A program made the translations under genes and the position numbers. Positions 59,330 through 64,000 of a stretch of DNA of 64,000 bases are shown here, piece after piece. Positions within the stretch are counted from its first letter, which is position 1. Each line of letters opens with the position of its first letter. The notes below the pieces were generated by a model. That model did not search any database. It was given only the letters and a program-made list of their open reading frames with translations, and was not told where the DNA came from. The stretch is from Oceanispirochaeta sp. (lineage in GTDB: Bacteria; Spirochaetota; Spirochaetia; DSM-2461). Where the stretch lies: the NCBI GenBank assembly GCA_963663385.2, contig CAXXXD010000001.1, positions 480,001-544,000 of the forward strand, read 5' to 3'.

Positions 59330-59743
59330 ATGGAAATAGTGTTCAAACCAATTGGCTTTATCCGGTCCCCTTATAAAGACAGGGCGGAAATCCCCAAACA
59401 GGGCGCACATACCGAAACGGAGGGAGAAGTGATTCTGCAGGATGAGCTTATCCGGGGATTGAAGGATCTCGACTCTTTTGAACATATTGTCATTCTCTTT
59501 AATTTTCATGGATCAGAAGGGTATGAACTGCTTCAGCACCGCAGGGGGGACAGAACAACAGAACCGGTAGGAGTCTTTGCGACCCGTTCTCCCTTCAGGC
59601 CTAATGGCATCGGAATGTCCATTGTTAAAGTTGTGGATATTGCTGAAAACAGAATCCGCTTTAAAGGTGTGGATATGCTGGATGGCACCCCTGTTCTGGA
59701 TATCAAGCCGTATATAGAGGGGCTTAATCCGGGCAATGAATAG
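59330..59743 (+). CDS. TsaA/TrmO-like SAM-binding protein (short, single-domain form)
   Basis: PIG.I.SP, GVFATRSP.RPN.IG, GVDMLDGTPVLDIKPY; start re-called. Confidence 0.85.
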   Translation: MEIVFKPIGFIRSPYKDRAEIPKQGAHTETEGEVILQDELIRGLKDLDSFEHIVILFNFHGSEGYELLQHRRGDRTTEPVGVFATRSPFRPNGIGMSIVKVVDIAENRIRFKGVDMLDGTPVLDIKPYIEGLNPGNE

Positions 59744-59977
59744 GGCGGGACTTGTTATAGCTGCCGTGTTATAATACAGCTGTGATTCTGCAACCCCCGG
59801 GGTGTAACGTAACCCGGATTATTATCCTTATTCCTTTTCTCCTGATTCTGAGTCTCCAACTGACTGCCCAGAGCGGCACAGATCATTCAGTATGGGTCTT
59901 AGTATTTCCCCCTATTACGATCAGTGATGTGTATCTGAAAAAAATGGGAACCTTGAAGGGTGAGAGGATTCCAGATC

Positions 59978-60445
59978 TTAACTGACAAATTCGGCCCCAA
60001 AGGCCTTAAAGCGATCTTCATCGGCCCGGGACAGGGACTTTCCCTTCGTTACGCTTGCAGGTGTTCCTGCCCTGCCTATAGGGCCATCCTTGTAATTATC
60101 GCATCCTTTGCTGCTCAAAAGTCTTCTGATATGATCCAGGGTGTTTTTTCCACCCGCAAAAGCATGAACGGCAAATCCTCCACATTTCTTATGCTTGAGA
60201 CATTCTTCGGGCAGTTCCTGAAGCACATTGACAATAGGCTTGGCCGCTGCGTCCTTGGCAATGACACCGGCCCAGCAGGGACTTCCAACAATAAAAGCAT
60301 CGCAGTCTTCAATCATAGAGTCTTTGAAATCTTCTGTGGTAACGACTGTAACTTCCGCTCCTGAGGATTTCAGTCCTTCGGCCATGGAAGTCACTGCTTC
60401 GAGGGTATGTCCTGTTTTTGAATAATAGAGTACGAGTACTTTCAT
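59978..60445 (-). CDS. Flavodoxin-like protein
   Basis: LYYSKTGHT, IVGSPCW. Confidence 0.8.
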   Translation of the reverse strand: MKVLVLYYSKTGHTLEAVTSMAEGLKSSGAEVTVVTTEDFKDSMIEDCDAFIVGSPCWAGVIAKDAAAKPIVNVLQELPEECLKHKKCGGFAVHAFAGGKNTLDHIRRLLSSKGCDNYKDGPIGRAGTPASVTKGKSLSRADEDRFKAFGAEFVS

Positions 60446-60519
60446 AATTTTATTCCTTTTCTGTATATAATTGTGTATGATTTAATAGAAACATAGTAAG
60501 TTATAAGTGTTTTGAATTT

Positions 60520-61626
60520 CTAACTTTTAAGTAAAACCCGTTCCGCCAGCACCGCAGCTCCCACCAGATTGGGGTTCATATTCTTTTCATCCAGTATGGA
60601 GGGCCGGAGGTAACTCATAATCCCCATCTTTCCCAGCAGCCGCTGGCAGGAGGGACCAAAGTAGGGTAGGGCATAACTCGGCTTTCCTCCCAGAAAAATC
60701 GGGATGCCTTCAGGGATGTCGTCCCTGGCCGCGGCTTTCAGCATATGCTTTGTCGCCTCCGCCAGGATCTTTCCATAGAGCCTGTCAGTTAAAATAGCCG
60801 ACTCTACACGCATGTTGGAAAGCTTGCTGATATGCTGCCCTGCTACAGAGGGGTCGTTGATCTGCTTTACCTCATGTATATCCAGAAAGCGTTCGTAGAA
60901 GGTATCATCCCCTACGATCGCCCGGAAAAGACGGCAGCGGCCGGGTCCGGACAGAATGACCTCCGCCCTCAGGGTGTCCGGGTTGCCTCCCGGTCCCAGA
61001 ATAACCGATTCCGGAAGGTCGGGATCGTCCTTCAGGTACTCTTCAAACAGATCGTAGGAGGCTCCCACTTCCAGAAACAGCAGGCGCAGCCGGTGCTTCT
61101 GCAGGGGAATGGCATAGCCCGGTTCATTGGTGTAATGCAGGCTGGAATCCCGGCCGTCCCAGTCATGGGCGGGGAAACGGACCTCTCCCTCCCGGCTGAT
61201 CCAGGCGCCGCCCCATCCGCCGCCGAAAACCCAGAAGAGGAGCTCCGTCTTCAGGATGCTCCACTCTGCCAGAGCGCCCGTATTGGCATCGTTATCGATG
61301 GCCGCGGGAACCTGGAACGCTTCCTCTAGAGCCTTGCGTATATTATGCCCGTTATACCGGGCGCAGTTGGCAAAGAGCTGAAAACCGCCGTCGGAACTGA
61401 GTATCCCCGCAGAGGAGATCCCTATGGAAAGCACTTTGCCGTGCGGAGGCAGGGCCTTCCGGATGGTATCTGCCATATGAGAACTGAAGTCCTCGAAATC
61501 CAGAGAGTACTCCTCAATGCCCAGCAGCTCTTCAGATACCTTCTCCTGGTTTTTATTGAAACAGGCAATTTTGGCGCCCCGTCCGGCTCCTATATCCACC
61601 GCAGCATAGTAGTGATCATGACTCAT
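60520..61626 (-). CDS. Divergent ROK family protein
   Basis: AVDIG, IGISSAG, DNDANTGALAE, GGGWGG, LVGAA. Confidence 0.75.
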   Translation of the reverse strand: MSHDHYYAAVDIGAGRGAKIACFNKNQEKVSEELLGIEEYSLDFEDFSSHMADTIRKALPPHGKVLSIGISSAGILSSDGGFQLFANCARYNGHNIRKALEEAFQVPAAIDNDANTGALAEWSILKTELLFWVFGGGWGGAWISREGEVRFPAHDWDGRDSSLHYTNEPGYAIPLQKHRLRLLFLEVGASYDLFEEYLKDDPDLPESVILGPGGNPDTLRAEVILSGPGRCRLFRAIVGDDTFYERFLDIHEVKQINDPSVAGQHISKLSNMRVESAILTDRLYGKILAEATKHMLKAAARDDIPEGIPIFLGGKPSYALPYFGPSCQRLLGKMGIMSYLRPSILDEKNMNPNLVGAAVLAERVLLKS

Positions 61627-61659
61627 GGCAGTCTCCTTCCTGTAAGTATATCATGCTGA

Positions 61660-62376
61660 TTAGAATTGTATTTCCCTGAGTACCCTGTCCAGTTCGTCTG
61701 CCAGAAGAGCGGCTCCGTTTCTATTCAAATGAACCCCGTCTGTTGTAAGGTGCAGCCCCCTGGACTCGGATACTTCCTCCGGAGCTGCTGCAGCCATATC
61801 AGCGGGAGAACTGAAAAGCCAGTCCGATCCGGGCTGCAGGGGAAGAAGCGCCGCTTCTGTGGCCTTTCCCATATCGGCCAGGTGGATGTGCAATTCATCT
61901 CCTCCCGAGTTCTGCAAACTCCGGATCTCCCGGTTCAGATGGTGTCGTTGTCTGTTCAGAGGATGAGTCAGATTTTCTGTAAGGTTTGGAATTGTCATCA
62001 GAATCAGATGTTTTATTCCGGCTTCCCTAATCAGATTCAGAATCTCCTCGAGACAGGCTCGGAATTCCTGCCTGTTTTCTACCGGGATACTCCCATGCCG
62101 GGCCAGTTTGCGGAAAAAGGGTCCCCACTCCTTTTGGTGGTGTCTGGTCATATAGGGGATCAGCAGATCATTCCCGCCTCCGTCAAGGATCAGAATATCC
62201 GGAGTAGACTGTGATTCCAGATAGCTTTTCAGATTACGGAGGATTCCCTTCAGGGGTGCTCCGTCCTGCCCATGGTTGATCAGTTTGAACCTTTGGATTT
62301 CCCGGGAGTATTCCAGAAAGGATTCTCCAATATTTCCGGCAATCAGGCTGTCCCCCAGGGCCAGTACTTTTTTCAT
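61660..62376 (-). CDS. SGNH/GDSL hydrolase
   Basis: GDSL, GGND, DGVHLN. Confidence 0.88.
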   Translation of the reverse strand: MKKVLALGDSLIAGNIGESFLEYSREIQRFKLINHGQDGAPLKGILRNLKSYLESQSTPDILILDGGGNDLLIPYMTRHHQKEWGPFFRKLARHGSIPVENRQEFRACLEEILNLIREAGIKHLILMTIPNLTENLTHPLNRQRHHLNREIRSLQNSGGDELHIHLADMGKATEAALLPLQPGSDWLFSSPADMAAAAPEEVSESRGLHLTTDGVHLNRNGAALLADELDRVLREIQF

Positions 62377-64000
62377 CTAACTTACTCCTCCCTCTTTCCA
62401 GCTGCAGTGGATCCGGCTGCCTTTCTCGGGCTGACGGCTGATTCCAAGCCATACATCCAGGTCCTGTCTCATCTCTTCCACATGGGATATAAGGCCTATG
62501 ATGCGGCCTTCCCGGCTGATCTGCCTGAGGGTCTCCATAACGGTCTCCAGGGTGTCCTTATCAAGGGTTCCAAAGCCTTCATCCAGAAAGAAGAAGTGAT
62601 CTTTTCCCTTCCCGGTCTGTTCTGCCAGAGCCAGGGCCAGAGAGAGGGCCGCCTGAAAAGTCTGTCCCCCCGAGAGGGTTTTGACAAACCGGGTTTTCCC
62701 CTCATTCAGATAGTCTCTTACCAGTATGACATTCTCTTCAAATACCAGTTCAAGGGTTCTTCCGCTGAGGGGGAAGAACCTTTCGTTGGCCCGGTGACAA
62801 ATTTCCTGAAGATAGATGGCGGCAATATACTCTGTAAATTTCTTCCCTTTAAACAAGCCGGTCAGCTCCTTGAGGTTCTCTTCCCGGATCAGTGTTTTCT
62901 TCAGGGCCTCTCCGGACCTGGCTTTTTCTTTCAGCCCAGAATTCAGATCCTCTCTCTGTTTTTCCATGGCTCCGCGGGAGGCTGTCAGCCTGTTTCTTTC
63001 AGCTTCTGCTTCTCCGATCAGGTTCCTGAGGGATAGAAGTTCCTCTTCCTTAAAAGGGCGGTCAGCCAGAAGAATCTCCAGCTGATTCAGACGATTCTCC
63101 AGGATAGTGCGTTCCTTTGTAAAATGCTCAATGGCTTTCTCTTCCTGTTCTATATTCAGATTCATGGTAAGGATCTGTTCAGCTTTCTGCAGCTCTTTCA
63201 ATCCGCTTTTCTCCAGGGCTTTCCGGATGGATTCAGTCTGTTCGGCTCCTCTCCGATTCAGATCTTCCAGCAAAGCCTCTATGGTATTCAGTTCATTCTC
63301 CGTTTTCCCAAGGGCTTTTTCCCTGATATCTTTCAGTTCAAGGGCCCGGGGATACTCCCGTTCGAGCCGGTTCAGATGATCCCGGAGTCGCTGCTGCTCC
63401 ATTCCGGCATTTTCGGGAAGGATTGTTTTATGCTCTTTGGATAACTGTTCCCGCCAGGTTGCTTCTGCTGCGCTCAGCTTTCCCAGCTCCAGATTGATCT
63501 CCTGTTCTCTTTTTTTGACAGATTCAGATGCTTCATGAAAATCTTTTAATTTCCCGTCAAGAATCTTGAGCTTCTGATAGTCCTCCCTGAGGTTTGCCTG
63601 AAGGGATTGGGCTTTTCTCTTATAGCGTTGAAATTCTTCCGGTTCATCAGCCTTATGGCCCTCCCAGAGAAAGGCGTTCAACTGCCCATTCAGGCGCTCT
63701 TCCATTTCTGCCAGCTGCTTTTCACAGTCAGGGAGCTTCCGGTTTATCCTGTCTCTGCCGTCGGTATAGCGGTTCCATATTTTCTGCAGGGCGGATAGTT
63801 TCTGTTCTATTTCAAGGAGCTCCCGGTCTGATGAGGCAAGAGCCTCCTCCTGTTTATCGAACGCTCCCGCGGAAAGCGGCTGGGGATGATCCAGAGACCC
63901 GCAGACAGGGCAGGCTTGTCCCTCTTTCAGTTCTCCTGACAGGGCAATCAGTCTCTTTTCAGTTTGCAGGCGAACCTCTTTTTCGTTCTGTTCCTGCTTC
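62377..64000 (-). CDS. sbcC: SbcC/Rad50-like SMC ATPase, 5' part outside the window
   Basis: Frame is open to the window edge and includes the zinc hook CPVCG upstream of the listed ORF; LSGGQ, FLDEGFGTLD, ISHV. Confidence 0.88.
   Translation of the reverse strand, partial: KQEQNEKEVRLQTEKRLIALSGELKEGQACPVCGSLDHPQPLSAGAFDKQEEALASSDRELLEIEQKLSALQKIWNRYTDGRDRINRKLPDCEKQLAEMEERLNGQLNAFLWEGHKADEPEEFQRYKRKAQSLQANLREDYQKLKILDGKLKDFHEASESVKKREQEINLELGKLSAAEATWREQLSKEHKTILPENAGMEQQRLRDHLNRLEREYPRALELKDIREKALGKTENELNTIEALLEDLNRRGAEQTESIRKALEKSGLKELQKAEQILTMNLNIEQEEKAIEHFTKERTILENRLNQLEILLADRPFKEEELLSLRNLIGEAEAERNRLTASRGAMEKQREDLNSGLKEKARSGEALKKTLIREENLKELTGLFKGKKFTEYIAAIYLQEICHRANERFFPLSGRTLELVFEENVILVRDYLNEGKTRFVKTLSGGQTFQAALSLALALAEQTGKGKDHFFFLDEGFGTLDKDTLETVMETLRQISREGRIIGLISHVEEMRQDLDVWLGISRQPEKGSRIHCSWKEGGVS

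Noticed and set aside
59782..59985. 67 aa ORF with a hydrophobic stretch after the tsaA-like gene
   Set aside because: Short, GTG start without a clear SD, no recognisable family; cannot be supported

Overview
Bacterial chromosomal segment, most likely from a free-living anaerobic spirochaete. This is inferred from the Spirochaetales-type 'AGGQK/ANGQS' export signals and the gene content, and is not verified. Housekeeping genes include pyrC, hisA, hisIE, nfnAB, ald with an Lrp regulator, mnmA, nnr, radA, two cyclophilin-FKBP PPIases, pheST, rpsU and a partial sbcC. Accessory content includes a GH38/tripartite tricarboxylate transporter/sulfatase cluster with two GntR-LacI regulators, an intact IS21 element, an APC-EIIA fusion permease, an IS110 element and a cobalamin-riboswitch ABC/cbiK/tsaA-like operon. 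Three observations stand out. (1) The IS110 element sits in a Shine-Dalgarno sequence, and its upstream non-coding end carries a 5' hairpin plus two near-duplicate stem-loops. One contains the target-flank 7-mer ACAGGAG and the other the donor-end 7-mer ATAGGAG, which makes it a candidate RBS-targeting bridge RNA. (2) A 28-codon leader peptide with 11 Phe codons, absent from the ORF track, forms a complete attenuator upstream of pheST. (3) A B12-regulated ABC solute-binding protein is fused to an FMN-binding domain with an intact flavinylation motif. All calls come from manual reading; no searches or folding programs were run.
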